The translations under genes and the position numbers were made by a program. The notes beneath the pieces were generated by a model, which saw only the letters and a list, made by a program, of their open reading frames with translations, was not told where the DNA came from and searched no databases. A stretch of DNA of 63,367 nt, the filler included, from Saprolegnia diclina VS20 (taxonomy: Eukaryota), in NCBI RefSeq assembly GCF_000281045.1. It is 8 parts of 2 records of this genome, joined end to end, with 100 filler letters (N's around TTAATTAATTAA, not from the genome) between each part and the next. Parts side by side here need not be neighbours in the genome. Positions count along the whole stretch, not along the records: positions 18,156 to 41,754 come from NW_008246082.1; 7 more parts are not named here. One strand, given 5' to 3'. Positions 26,201 through 38,956 of the stretch are shown piece by piece. How positions within the stretch are numbered: the first letter of the stretch is position 1; each line of letters starts with the position of its first letter.

Positions 26201-27503
26201 TCTCGGCCTCGGCCGTGCCCCGTCTCTTCCAGTCGCTGCCCCTCCTCGGTGCCTACCACGTACGTGTCCTCATCACTTTGGTGCTTTCGCTGTAACGGAG
26301 GGATGTAGGCGACCTTGTCGCTGGCGTCCAAAGACTCGATCAAGATCATCACTGACTCGGAGGCCAACACCAAAACGGTGCACAAGAAGCTCCAGGACAT
26401 CCTCAAGGCGCATGTAAAGGAATACCATGAGATGACGATTCCTGGGTCGGTGACGCCCCTTTGTGTCGCAGGTCGCTCACCCTGTGTAGACACCTCGTGC
26501 CGCAGCTAGTCGGCAAGAATGGCGAGTCGATCAAGCGCCTCTCGAGTGAAAGCCATGCGACACTCAACTTGTCGCCCGCCGACGCCGACGACCCGTGGGC
26601 CACCCGGTCCCTCACGATCCACTCGCGCGACGAAGCTAACGTCAAGGCGGCGGTACCCTACCTGCCACTTTCGATATAGATCTGATGGCGCGTAGGTGCG
26701 GCTTGTCCAAGAGCTCTTGCATGCGTACGAAGCCGAGTGCGCGTCGGTCGTCGTGCCGCTGACGCTGCTCGACGCGGCAATGGGCCTCAAGCGCCAGAGC
26801 CCGAGTGGTGTCTCGTTCAACGTGCAGGAGAAGACGGACCTTTCGGCCACGATTCAGGTTCACGCCAAGAACGCCAGTGAGCGCGCGTCCACGGTCGCCA
26901 AGCTCCAAGAGCTCGTGGCCAATACGACGGTGCTGCAGATTGTCTTGCCGTCCAACGACATTGTCGGCTCGCTCATCGGGAAGGGCGGCGCCAACATCAA
27001 GACGCTCCAGTCCATGCACCCCGGTCTCTTTCCTATTTCAACGTGACGTTCGTCAACTCATACTACGATGCGTAGGGCTCCAGGTTGACATTCGCCGCGC
27101 TGAGAAGGACGGTGTCCAGAGCAAGGTGTCGCTCCGCGGCGACAAGGCGGCGGTGGCGGCCGCGGCCGTTTGGGTCCGCGAGAAGATTGCGTCGATCGTG
27201 GCCATGGACGTGGAGAAGCGCACGTTTACCAAGCCCAAGCCCGAGAAGGCGGCGGCGCCCGTCGACGCGCCAGTGGAAGCGCCAATCGAAACGCCGGCCA
27301 AACCGACGCGTCACGTCCCTGTGGGTGCGCCGGCGGCTCTGGACAAGAACGCGCGTCGCCGCCAGCGCAAGCGCGAAGAGAAGGAGCAGGCGGATGCTGC
27401 GGCGGCCAAGGCGGCCAAGGGCGTCCTCTCGCCGCGGGCCCACTACGGCCCCAAGTCGGACTTTGCGTCCCCCTTCAACTACCTTCCCCCCGGCACCAAG
27501 TAG
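23237..27503 (+). CDS. Multi-KH-domain (vigilin/Scp160-like) RNA-binding protein with N-terminal coiled coil
   Basis: Repeated KH loops: MVVGKNY, LIGKKG (x2), IIGKKG, VIGKKG, LVGKNG, LIGKGG, plus degenerate copies. About 9 short introns; stop TAG at 27501-27503. Confidence 0.88.
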
Positions 27504-27588
27504 AATGCTTTTTGGAGATGGAGACAACTGCGAGACTGTAGACAGCTGAATGACGACAATATCTACGTTGTACATATTGTACACAACA

Positions 27589-29241
27589 CTAGGCGTTTTC
27601 CTGGCGCTGGGCCGCGGTCTTGACACCGGCACCAGCGATTGCCTTGAGCTCGGCGCTGTCTCTGGGCTCGGAAAACCCGAGCGCGGTGCGGGCTTCGGCC
27701 ATGATAAAGACACTGCCGCAGACGACGACCACGTCGTTCTCACTGGCCGCCGCTACCCGTATCACCCTGAGAGAAGGCCGACGACGTCGCAGACGTACCG
27801 TCCATCGCAGCCGAGACGCCCGACGCGACGCTGCGCTCACCGTCGTGGAAGTGAAAACCATCGTCCTACGTCATGTCTTCGATTCAAATGTGGTGCGGGC
27901 TCGGGTTCGAACCGTCGCCGAGGGCCGGAGCGCAGCTTGAATCTCCGTCATGGTCGCACAGCGCGGGTGGTAGCCCTGTACGAAATGCACCTTGTTCGGC
28001 GTCGTCTTGGCCGTGAGGAGGTCGGTGACGTGAGCCATGTCCTTGTCGGCCGAGAAGCCGCAGACGAAGCGCAGACTTTGGCTTGGGTACCTCAGCTACC
28101 CACCGCCTTCAATGCATGCTGCTTTTGAGAGTCTTGTACCTCAAGGAGGTCGAGGAGCTTCTCAAAGGCCGGAAGGTTGTGGGCAACGTCCAGAACCACA
28201 GTCGCCTGCGGTGTCTTGACGACTTCAAAGCGGCACGGCGGCCGCGACGCCAGGCACTTGGCCACTGCGCTTGACGTCGTGTCGAGCGTCAGCTAGTACC
28301 TCTGCTCCTAAGCTCTGAAAACAAAGAGGGATAGGGAGATACCTTGGTCTTGTGCTGGCCGTGAAGGATGTTGAGCTGCACGGCCGCCATAAATGCTACG
28401 TCCGAGTTCTCGGCGTTGTAGTCCTTTGCGTGCGCCGGTGTCGGTGCCACGCACACGATCGGACTCTGCGCATTCCGCGCGTGCTGACGACAAGACGCTC
28501 AGAAATCGACTTGGGTGATGGGAGGAGCCGTACCTGCTGCATGATGTGCTGTGGCGTTTGCGGCCCGACAACCACCGGGACGTTGGGCTTCATAATGCCG
28601 GCCTTCTCGCGCGCAATCTCGGGGATCGTGCTGCCCAGAATACGCGTGTGGTCAAGCCTAGCGTATAGAGACATAGCGTCTTGGCCATCGAGGGCGAGCT
28701 ACCCGATCGACGTGATGACCGAGAGGACCGGAGTCACAATGTTGGTCGCGTCCAGGCGGCCACCAAGACCGGTTTCAAGCACGACGCAGTCGACGTCTTG
28801 AGCTGCAAAGTGCTGCAGCGCCAGCATGGTCGTGAGCTCAAAGAAGGTGGCGGGAATGCCCTTGTCCTCGGTGAGCGCAAAGAGCGTCGGTAGGTGCGTC
28901 TCGACGTCGGCTTCCGAAATGAGCTCGCCGTTGATCTGGATGCGCTCGCGAAAGCACGACACGTGGGGCGAGACAAAGAGGCCGGTCTTGAAGCCCGACG
29001 CCTCCAGTGCCTTGGCGAGCTTCCACGAGACGGATCCCTTGCCGTTGGTCCCCGCCACGTGCACCGTGTCAAACCGCTACAAGAGGAGTTGAGGCGGCGG
29101 CGTCAACATGCGTGGGCGCACCGTCGCCGGCTGCCCGAGGGCGTCATGGAGCGCGACCGAGTTGCGGAGGCCCATCTTGACGGCCGCCGAGAACTGGTTG
29201 ACGCCCAAGAGCCGCTTCAGCAGCACGTCATACGCGGTCAT
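27589..29241 (-). CDS. folC: Folylpolyglutamate synthase / dihydrofolate synthase
   Basis: HVAGTNGKGS P-loop, GLFVSPH, TFFE, VLETGLGGRLDATN, LDHTRILG, EKAGIMK, LDVAHN; multi-exon. Confidence 0.93.
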
Positions 29242-29396
29242 CTTCTCGTCCTTTCTTCGAGCACCACAGTCAAACGAGCCAATGAGGTTGCCGACACCCC
29301 TTCAAGGACCAATCAGAATCGGCGAAAGGGCACGCGACGATGCCATTGGCTACTCGATGCAAGAGTGGTATCTATGCATCACAAGCCGTTTCGAGG
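29242..29396. promoter_or_regulatory. Short bidirectional promoter between folC and the EF-hand gene
   Basis: Head-to-head ATGs about 155 bp apart; CCAAT at about 29279 and 29309, ATTGG at about 29345. Confidence 0.55.
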
Positions 29397-32300
29397 ATGC
29401 ACCTTCGGCCGCTGACCAAGAGCCCCGTCAAGGCGCCGCCACCACTGGGCCCGACAAGCGGGTCGCCGCGCAAGCAGCGAACGTTGGCAGCTGCCAAGGT
29501 AAGCGACGTCCGCGCTGCGCACGCATTTACTGCAAACGACCTCGTGACCATCTTGCCGGGCAACTACACCGAGTGTGACGCCAACGGCACGGGCACACTC
29601 CACGACATTCTCCTCTTTGACCAAAAGCTTCGGGATGCGACCGCCGCCGGCGTCCATCTCGAAGCCACGCAGTGGACGTCGTGGGACATGGCGCGCGCAA
29701 GCCGTGACGTCGAGCGCCCCGTCGACACGGCGTCGCTGCGCCTGCTCACGTCCAACAAGCTCACGTTGGAGATCCTCACGAGTGATCGCGGCCACCGCGT
29801 TGTACCCGCGCTCATTGCGCAGTGGGACCAAGACAAGTTTTCCGACAACGTATTATTTCCCGCTGCCTGTCGTATCGTATGAACGAAATTAGGGTCTTCG
29901 GCTCTGGACGATTCTCGACACGTTCTTCAACTCGCTTCCGTACGTATTTGTGCGCGCAGACGAGGTCCATACGAAGCTCGTCGTACGCTACGCGAGCGCA
30001 ATGACGCAGCTCAAAGCTGCGCTGGCGGACGCGCTCTTTTGCTCGAACCCGTTCGTCGCAGCCGCCGTCACGGCGTCGCTTGCACCGACGCACTGCGAGA
30101 AGCTACCGTTGTACCACTACTGCCACCAGCTCGAGCGAGAGATCCAGCTGCTCAAGAATAGCTCCGCGGATCAATCCTGGGAGATGGTGCAACAACATGC
30201 AACATGCCATTTTATCCGATGCCATGTAGATCCATGCGACCGACGTCGGGCTCATGCAAGACGCGACCGCGCGCCTCCTCCTCGAGTACTGGAAGCTGCC
30301 CAAGCGCGAGCGGCTTGCATTTCTTGCCCAGATCTTTACGCACATTTCCGAAATGGAAGTCGAGATCGTTCGACTCCTTCTCGAGACGAGCACCTTTGTC
30401 CTACGCCGGGCGCTCGAAGAGCTCGGGTACGAGAGCAAGGAAGAGCGGCAGGCGCGCCACGTGCACACGATGACGAGCCTTGTCGCGAAATCGGTGACGG
30501 CGACGCTCGAGGCCAAGAAGCTCCGGCTGCAGAATGAAGCGAAGCGCAAGGAGCTTGAGCCGATCTCGCTTCGGCACAAGGGCATCCAGGTCAACCTGGA
30601 CGTCGACCTCTTGCCTACGGTCGGGTCACCACCCCATACGCCAAAAGAAAGCTTGTACTCGCCACGCCGGTTTGTCGCCAACCGGGAGAAGAGTTTGCAG
30701 CTGCTCACCGAGCACAAGATCAAAGAAACAAAGAGCCGCGTGCTCGTCAAGGACCTCTGGACGGTCGCGGCGCTCACCGACAACCTTATCCACCACCTCT
30801 CTACGTTTGTCGACAATGGCAACGACAAGCACAACGTTCCGCTGCAGGTGCTCTCGATGGCGACGCTTCTGCTCGAGTGGTACTACTTGTCTGTACGAAC
30901 GGTGCAACGAGGCGCGTAGGCTGCGCTTTGAAAAGACGCGCGCAGTCTCGTCGGCGAAAGAAGCGACGTTGGAGCTCCACGCCAACCCCCACTACAAGCA
31001 GTGCATGGTCAACATGCTCCAGCTCTTTATGGACCACGACCATGCACCGCTGAGCATCAAGACCGAAGCCCAGGCGCTGCAAGACTACGTTCTCAACCAA
31101 CGCGCACCGGCGCACATGACGGGCAATATTCCCCGGTGCGATAGTTCCACACCTACACTGTCGAATGACATGAATGTAGCAATGACGACGCGCTGCACGC
31201 GGCACCGAGTGTGCACCCGTCGGACGTGCGCAATTTTCTAAAGCTCGGGTTCCCGGCCGAGATTGCGTCGCACCTCGTGACGATCGCCTCGGACACGACC
31301 GCGCTCGAGAAGCAGTCGCATCTGCTTCTCCTCATGGAGCAGCTCGAGCGCCACACGCGCAACACGCTGCACAAGCCATCGTCGGCCAAACCGTCGGGCT
31401 TTGGCGACCGCCCCGTCTCGTCGGAAGCGTCCGTGGCGCTGCTGCTCGACAACATCAAGGGCTTGATCGCGACGGCCAACGATGCCAACCGCGAGGCCAT
31501 TGGCCACCAAGCCGCCGCGCTCGTCTTGGGCTACACGACCAGCCGCAAACAATCCTCGATGGTCTCGGGTCACATGCGGACGCTGGACGCCGAGAGCGTC
31601 TGCCACGTGCTATTGACCAAACTCGAGCACGAGATGCAGACCGGGCCGCTCCAGCACTCGACGCGGCGTGAGCTCACGCGACTGCACTCGCTCGTCGCTA
31701 CGTTCGTGCACGCAGACGACGCGCCGTCGACGACCGAAGCCCTCTTGGCGCCCGACCATATTCAGAACAGCATTTCGTGGCTGGGCGCACTCGTCGCCCA
31801 AGCGCTGCTGCAAAAAGCCTCGCTGGGACCGTCGACCGGCGCGGTCTTGGACGCCTTGCACGTACGTATGGTTTATCACATGGATCATATGGACACTGTG
31901 TCTGCAATAGAGCCTCTTGATCAAGACGCAGGCCAAGATGCACGGTGCGTCCGTCCACGCGTGTTTGGCGACCATGGTCAACGCGCTCCAGCTCGCCAAG
32001 GACAAGAAGGTGCTCGCCGACTTTATCCAAGGCCTCGATGACCTCCAAGCAACACTCAAAGCACTTTTGCAGCCGTTGGGACTTGGCACGACAGTGGTCA
32101 AACCACAAGAGGCGCATTGGGCCATGCCGGACGCAGCCATCGACGCGGTGGTCGCCGACGTTCGCGTGGACGCGACGCCCGTCTGTATCATGCAGCTCGC
32201 GACCGCGCTACGGAATCTTCACGAGGCCAACGTGGCCGCGGCGTCAGCGCCCAAGCCACGCGCCAATCTCTTTCCCGGTCTCATGGCGCTGGAGAAGGAC

Positions 32301-34270
32301 AAGGGACGGCGGCCCCACGTGCTCGGTATCTCGGTCGCCGAGCTCTCCGAGATGTTTAGCGAGAACAAGGTCGTTATGAACCTCAGCACCGTGCTCAAGC
32401 TCATGTACCAGGTCCGACGCGCTGCATGAACACGTAGCGACGAGGTGGTCGTAGATCTACCGCGAGCGGTATGAGTGCAACCTCACCGACCAAGACAGCG
32501 TCGGGTCCACAGCCTTTATCGATTTTGTGTACGACTGGTACCTTCGCAAGTACGTGCTTCGCCATCGCGACCTCTCGGACGGAGCGCGTAGGTATGGACT
32601 CCGGAAACTAGCGATGCAGCACCTCTCCAAGCTCCTTCTCTCGCTCAAGAAGCACCGCAAGCACAGCAAAAAATGTCTTTTGTACGTACGTCCTCGAGAA
32701 TGGACACATTGTCTGAGAAGCGTCTAGGTTTAGCCGCTTTTTAGGCGTCGAGATATCCTTTTCCCCATGTTTTGGTTGCGTGTGAGTAGTCGCGACAGGT
32801 CCTTGACGCAGTGTACCTCCCCGCATACGAGTACGGAACACTCAACTTTGCTTTGGTACAACAAACCGAGTGGGAATAACGACTGACTCTCAACTAGGGA
32901 CTTTTGCATCTCTGGACCAACGGCTCGTTCTTGCTCAACGCGAACACCTCTGCCAAAATGCCGCTGGCGACACTGCTCTCGATGCTCGAAGACAGGTATC
33001 AATCAATCTATCAATCTATCGACGGACGCGTCGTTAGCTATGACAAGCGGTTCGGGCCTTTTTGCTCCACCGAGCAGATCAAGGCCAAGGTGACGGCCAA
33101 GACGTGCGTCGACGACGTGTCGGTCATCGACCAAGATGTGGCCCTCGAAATCGCCCTCGACGAATTTAGCGCCATGAAAGTCATCGTGGAAACGGTGTCG
33201 TCCGCAGAAAATAAGACAAGTTGTCTATAGTTTGCCTGACTAGATGCTACTCGACATTTACGCGGCCGGGGACGTGCTCGGGCAAGACGACATGGGCTAC
33301 GACGAGTTCTCCATCGTGCTGCACGACCTCGCGCCGTGCATCTCGGACCGTGACACCGCACGACTCTACCGCGACGCCGTCGCGGATGTGTCGCTCGGCA
33401 CGGTGCCCCGGGCGCGGTTCGTGGCGGTCATCCTCGACAACGGCGTGCTCTCGACACGCCAAAACAAGTTCAAGGCGTCCGGGGCCGCGTACCCGACAGT
33501 ATTTTGAATATTGCAATTGAGCTTGGTCCAAGCCATGGTCGTAGGAGTACGAAGACGACCAGTTCACGGCACTCGACGAGACGTGGCAGGCCACCGAGAG
33601 CGACCTGCTCGCCGCCGTGCAGCGGATACCCCACGCCGAGACCGCTGCGTCGCTCACCTTGCGCGTCCGCATTCTCAAAATGGTCAACTTGTCTGCGCAA
33701 ATGGCGATATGACGGAAACGGCGTTAGATTATCGCACGGAAGATCGACTCGGAGACCGCGTGGGTCGCGTACCGTACGATTGTACGGGATGTCAACCGGT
33801 TTCGGGACCTCCAAGCAGCCGAGATTGCAGCCATCAAGGCCAAAGAAGCCACGTTCAAGGACGCTGTCGCGCGTCTCACGTCGGTCAAGTTCAAGCTGCT
33901 GCGCAAAGGGTCCGCCACCAAGACCGAAACCAATCCCGCCAGTACGAGCGCAACCTCGGTCGTGGCCTTTGTCACCGAGTTGGACGAGAACGCGCTCGAG
34001 ATCGACGCGCCTCCAGCGGTGGTCGCGCAGCTCGAAGAAAAGCTCCGGGACGAGCTACTTCGACTCTCGGACGCCGCGGACGCCTCCAAAATTGAAGCGA
34101 CGCTCGACTCGTACGGCGTCGCTGTGCAGAAAGTACGGCGCGTGAATGAGAAGTATGCCAAGATCCTGCGTCGGGTGACGGTGGCGATGAAGGCGCTGGG
34201 ACCAACAACGACACCAACAACGACCGAGTCGGACACCAACGACATGGACGACGGAGGCGACGCAGGTTGA
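29397..34270 (+). CDS. Large multi-exon EF-hand-containing coiled-coil protein
   Basis: Exon chain from ORF 29340 to 33962. EF-like loops DANGTGTL and DVLGQDDMGYDEF; spliced motif FIDFVYDWYLRK/YGLRKLA; stop TGA at 34268-34270. Alternative ATG at 29340. Confidence 0.7.
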
Positions 34271-34414
34271 GCTTTGTGTGCACCGTTTAAACACTGGATC
34301 GAAACAAGATTGCTCGATGTTAAAAGCTCAGTGCACCGTAGCCAAGCCCCGCGGGGGGCGGCGATCGCGCATCGTGCAGACGCGGGGGGGCGTCGGCTTC
34401 GGCGAGGGTCGTTG

Positions 34415-37400
34415 CTACTCCAAGCGTGAGTCACTGGAGATTGCGAAGTAAAAACTACCTTGGAGTTGCTGCTCGAGCATCGCAGCGTAATCGGTCGGCT
34501 GCGCGGCGAGCATTGGCGACTTGGGCGTCGACGTCGATGCAAACGCCGTGGTCGGGCGCGTCACGGGCCCGTCGAGCTGCTTGCAGGGGCAGTCGCAGTC
34601 TGAGACTGGGCACACATCGTGCGTGGCGAACCAGTCGGTCATGTGATGCGCGTGGCCGCCTACCCCCAACCCGTCGACTAATTAACGAAAACCAAGAGTC
34701 GTACCGTGCTTGCACGTCTGGCACCACGTAAACCACTCTGCGAATGGGATGCTCGAGAGGTCGGCGAGGCTGTCGGCGTGGCTGCTGTGGCTTTCATGCT
34801 CCAACTTGAGTTTGTCGCCTTTGCGGAGCGCAAGCTCCAAGTACGGGTTGAGGGCGCCAAACGGCAGCAAGCACAGTGCGCACTGTGGCAAGGGCTTCTT
34901 GCAGCTCGGGCAGTTGTTGAGTTTTGGCTTGGCCTTGACGAGCCAGTCGCCGTTGCCGACACGGAGCAGCGACGAGAGCGCGAGCGACGACCCACAAAAG
35001 TTGCAGCGTACGTACATCTGCGGCTGCGGGAGGTTCATTTGCGCGGGCGCGGCGCCTCCGTCCGGCGACGAGAGCGCCGTGAGCTGGTCCATGAGCTGGG
35101 CCCGGCCCACATCAAAGAGCGCGCGCTCGTGGAAGAGCTGCCATTGGTTGAGCAGATCGCGGTACAATGCGATCCACGTCGCCATCATCGGGTACTCGCT
35201 CGGCACGACGCGCGCCGCCAGCAGCGCAATCGTTTGGATATCGCCCGTGCGATCCAAGTACTCTTGGAGCAACGTGGGGTCGAGGCCAATGAGGAGGAGG
35301 CCCTGGAGGTTGCCGTCGCGCACGCAGCGCTCGACACAAGTGTCGATAAAGCGCGTGAGCGCGTCGAGCGGAAGGAACCGACACGCAAACGCGGTGCGGT
35401 CCGAGAGGAGCAAGGTCTCGTCGTGCAAAATAGAGGCAAAGAGCGGCGGCCCGTCGTCGACGACAGGCATGAACGACGCGCTCGAGTTGCGCCGGAGGTG
35501 GGCGGCCACATTGTTCTTGGGCGGCCGATGCAACGGCGTCGACGTGGACGCGGCGAGGTCCTTGGCCGTGCTCAAAAACGAACAGAGCGCGTGGAGGTAC
35601 CGGGGCGCGCCGCTCGATTGGACCTCGGGGCGCTTGAGGAGCTGCAAAATCATCGAGCCCCAGAGTGCATTCGTGGTCGGCCCGTTCACCGAGTAGCCTG
35701 CGATCGCCATGGCCACCAGCTGACGCAGATCGCGGTGCGGGTCCGAGTCGGCGCCCCGCTGGAGCACCGAGACGGCCGCAAGGAGGTCGCCGTGAAAGAC
35801 GGCGAGCGCCGCCGCACGGTCATAGTCGTGCGTCGACTCGCACTGAGCCAAGAGCGACGAGAGCGACGGCAAGGACGCGGCGAGGGGCGGGTCGTCCATG
35901 TAGTCTTCGTTGAGCGAGGCCCACGACCCGTTGTTGAGCTTTGTACGAGGCATCGCCGATGCGTTGAGGCCTAGCCCGCACTCGGGGTCCCACTGGCACG
36001 CGAGGAGTGCGGTGCGCCGTCCGAGGCTGTCGTAGACGAGGCAGCCGAGGTTCGGGTCGCGCATCGACGTCTCCATGGACGAGCTCGAGAGCGCGGGGGC
36101 CTTCGAGAGACCGAGAAGGTGCTGAACCCCAGCGTTCATGAGGGCTTGCGCGTCGATGGGCCACGCGCGGAGCGGGCCGCGGTGCAAGCTCGATGTCAAC
36201 AATCCTATTTTGTATCAATCTACCAAGTTGATACAAAAAGACACAACGTACCGCGCGCGTCTTGGCTGTGCATGTCCAAGGTCGCAATCGCGTGTCGCCG
36301 CAGGGCCTCGACTTGCTCGACCCACATCCACACAAAACGCAGATCGCGGTTGTCTTCCTTGACGAAGATCTGCAGCGACGTGAGCACGTTCATCGAGTAG
36401 CCGGCCTTGACGCGGCGCACCATGCGCGCCGCAATGTCGTCGTGGCCCCGGCGTTCCGGCACCTAGCACAAACACGAGAACGGTAAGGTGGGATCCGGCG
36501 CCAGAGACGACGAGCGTACCCCCGACGCGTCGGCAAAGAGGAAGTTGCCGCAGCCAAAGCCGAGCTGCCCCGTCGACGCCAGCGCCAAAGGCATTGTATC
36601 GTGGATCGACACGTTCTCCAATTTGCCCGTGATCGACGCGGTCACGAGGCGGTCCGGGTTGGCAACAACATCGGCGTTGGTGACCGCCCGCCACGAGAAA
36701 GCAAACACGGGCTCCTTGGTCGACCGCCGCTTGACGGGCTTGCGCAGCGAGCCCGAGGGCTGGTCGACGTCCCAGAGCGAGATCGATCGATCGTCCGAGG
36801 TCGTAGTCGCGAGAATACCGGGCTTGGTCGGCGACCACGCGATTTGCGTAATCGTCTTGCCGCTTGGGTAGATGGACACGAGCGGCTCGGGCGCGTCGCC
36901 CTGTCGGATCGAGCGGATGTCCCACACTTTTACGGGCTCTTTCGGGTCGTCGCTGTACGTGGCGAGGATGTGCGGACGGTGCGTGTCGAACACGACGCCG
37001 TAGACACCTAACCGCGATGGCGAAATCGCTCTCTAGCGCCATGTAGCATCCTCAAACCTTTGGTGTGTGCCGAGACGACCATGGGCGTTGTCTTGGTGCG
37101 CAGATCGTAGATGCGGAGCCTAACGAGAGGTCACTTGGCATATAGTCGAGTAGGGTGCCACAGACCATTTGAAGCCCGTGCCCGTCGCGAGGTACGACGG
37201 GTCGGAGGGCAGCCACGCCATGGCCACGATGGCCTCCGCGTGCGACAGCTCGTGCGTGATCATGGGCTTGGTGAAAAACGAAAAACCTATTTGACCACGT
37301 AGGTACGCCTGTGGAGTCGATGTTTACCGGCGCCGGACCGGCTCTGAAAATGGTTTTGCTTGGACTCGTAGTGGGGCGGATCTACGGACCCTGGTGGAGG

Positions 37401-38017
37401 TTAGAAGCAGCAACGGGGTGCGTACCGGCGAGGATCGGGCCCGCGGCAAGCGACGTCATGGGCGTTTGCGTCGTGAGGTCCCACACGAACGCGCAGCAGT
37501 CGACGCGGACCTTCTCAAACCCGGCGGCGATCTGCGTCGGGTTGTGCGGGTTCCATGCCACCGTGTTGCACGCAATCGGCGTGTGCATGGATGGCCGCGA
37601 CGACTTGAGGCCCGGCATGGGCTGCAGTAGGTTCGTTGAGCTTCCGGACGTGCGCGATGGCATGAGCTCGACGACGGTCTGGCTAAAATCCGACAAGATG
37701 ACCTTGCCCGCGCCGACGCCGGCCGCGATGAGCTGGCGGGGCAGCGGGCACCACTGCAGGCTCTTCACTTGGGCGATGTCCGAGTTGGTTTGCACCATGC
37801 GGAAGATATCCTTCTTGCGGCGGGCGGTCGTGACGTGCGGGAGGCTGTGCAGCATCGTGTCGACGTCAACGCCCATGAGGTCCATGCCATTGCCCGCCAT
37901 CTCGCGCTGCGTCTGGCACTCGTAGAGGCTCAGCGAGTCGGCGCCGGCCGCGAAGAGCGCGCTGTTGTACGGGCACCACTCGACGAGCACCTTGGGGTTG
38001 TACGGCTTCGTGCTCAT
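34415..38017 (-). CDS. MIOS: GATOR2 subunit MIOS/Mio/Sea4 (WD40 + alpha-solenoid + C-terminal zinc domain)
   Basis: N-terminal WD40 ([19 protein letters not shown]); [46 protein letters not shown]-terminal [14 protein letters not shown]...[21 protein letters not shown]...[11 protein letters not shown] further intron could extend the 3' end to about 34320. Confidence 0.92.
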
Positions 38018-38173
38018 CTTGCCAAATATGCCACTTCCGCAAGCATTTTACCCATATAGAGTGGATTTAACCTGCAAAAAACCTAGGCAACGGCGTTCAA
38101 ATCCGCCATTGGCCAATATGAGAGCGAATAAGCCAATGGGAGGCGAGGTAGGTGGCAGGACGGCAATTCTGCA
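38018..38173. promoter_or_regulatory. Short bidirectional promoter between MIOS and the MSS51-C-like gene
   Basis: Head-to-head ATGs 156 bp apart; palindromic ATTGGCCAAT at about 38108 and a CCAAT at about 38133. Confidence 0.55.
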
Positions 38174-38956
38174 ATGTGGCAGCAGCCGCCGACCACCTGG
38201 GACGACTTTAGCCGGTGGGCCGCGCCCGTGCTCAAGGAGACCGCGCCCATCGAGGAACTCAGCTATGCCCACTCGCGCTCCATGACGATCCTCAAGGCGC
38301 TGGAACGCGCCAAGCTTTTGTCCACGCCCGGCGTCCAGCACAAGAAGCACAAAACGACGGTCGCGCCCACCAAGAAGAAGCTCGTGCTGCACATTGTTGG
38401 CGCGGATCAGCGCGAAGGAACCTCCGTGCCCGCGACGCTCAAGGTGTTTGAGGTGCTGCTCGCTGCCTTTGGAAGCGCGGGCCAGCCCGACCACGGCTAC
38501 GAAGAACTCGTGCTCGTCCTCATTGGGCCTAACGTCGAGCAGCGTCTACATGGCACAGCGTCCACGAGCGCGATCCCCGGCAGCGACAAGAGCGTCTGCG
38601 TCGTGTACGCGTCGGAGCTCTGGTCGGAGCACCTTGCAGGCCCGATGTATCTGTCGCCGTCGGCCATTTTTTGCTTCAACGCTGGCGTGTGGGGCTACGA
38701 CGAGTGGCTTCCGACGTTTGCGCTCATGATGACCGAAGAGCCCAAAACGCCGATCGTCATCACGTCGTACAACGCACTCGAGGCGATCGACGACGCCGAC
38801 TGCCTCGACGATTTGGAAATGGCGTTTGTCTGGCGCTGGCGGCACGAAGTGAACGCATTCTGGTGCCTCACGCAGCGCGCGACGCAGCACACGCTGCCGG
38901 ACCGCGTCTTGAACGAAAACCAGTCGTGGCAGTGCATCGCAGCGACCCCCCACTAA
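38174..38956 (+). CDS. MSS51 C-terminal-like (SAM-methyltransferase-like fold) protein
   Basis: 260-aa single-exon ORF with LVLHIVGAD..E, LVLVLIGP, FNAGVWGYDEWLPT and ITSYNALEAIDD. Confidence 0.75.
   Translation: MWQQPPTTWDDFSRWAAPVLKETAPIEELSYAHSRSMTILKALERAKLLSTPGVQHKKHKTTVAPTKKKLVLHIVGADQREGTSVPATLKVFEVLLAAFGSAGQPDHGYEELVLVLIGPNVEQRLHGTASTSAIPGSDKSVCVVYASELWSEHLAGPMYLSPSAIFCFNAGVWGYDEWLPTFALMMTEEPKTPIVITSYNALEAIDDADCLDDLEMAFVWRWRHEVNAFWCLTQRATQHTLPDRVLNENQSWQCIAATPH

Noticed and set aside
34706..35974. Long + strand ORFs (422 and 328 aa) opposite MIOS, and similar shadow ORFs elsewhere
   Set aside because: Antisense shadows expected from high GC3 codon bias; no motifs of their own.
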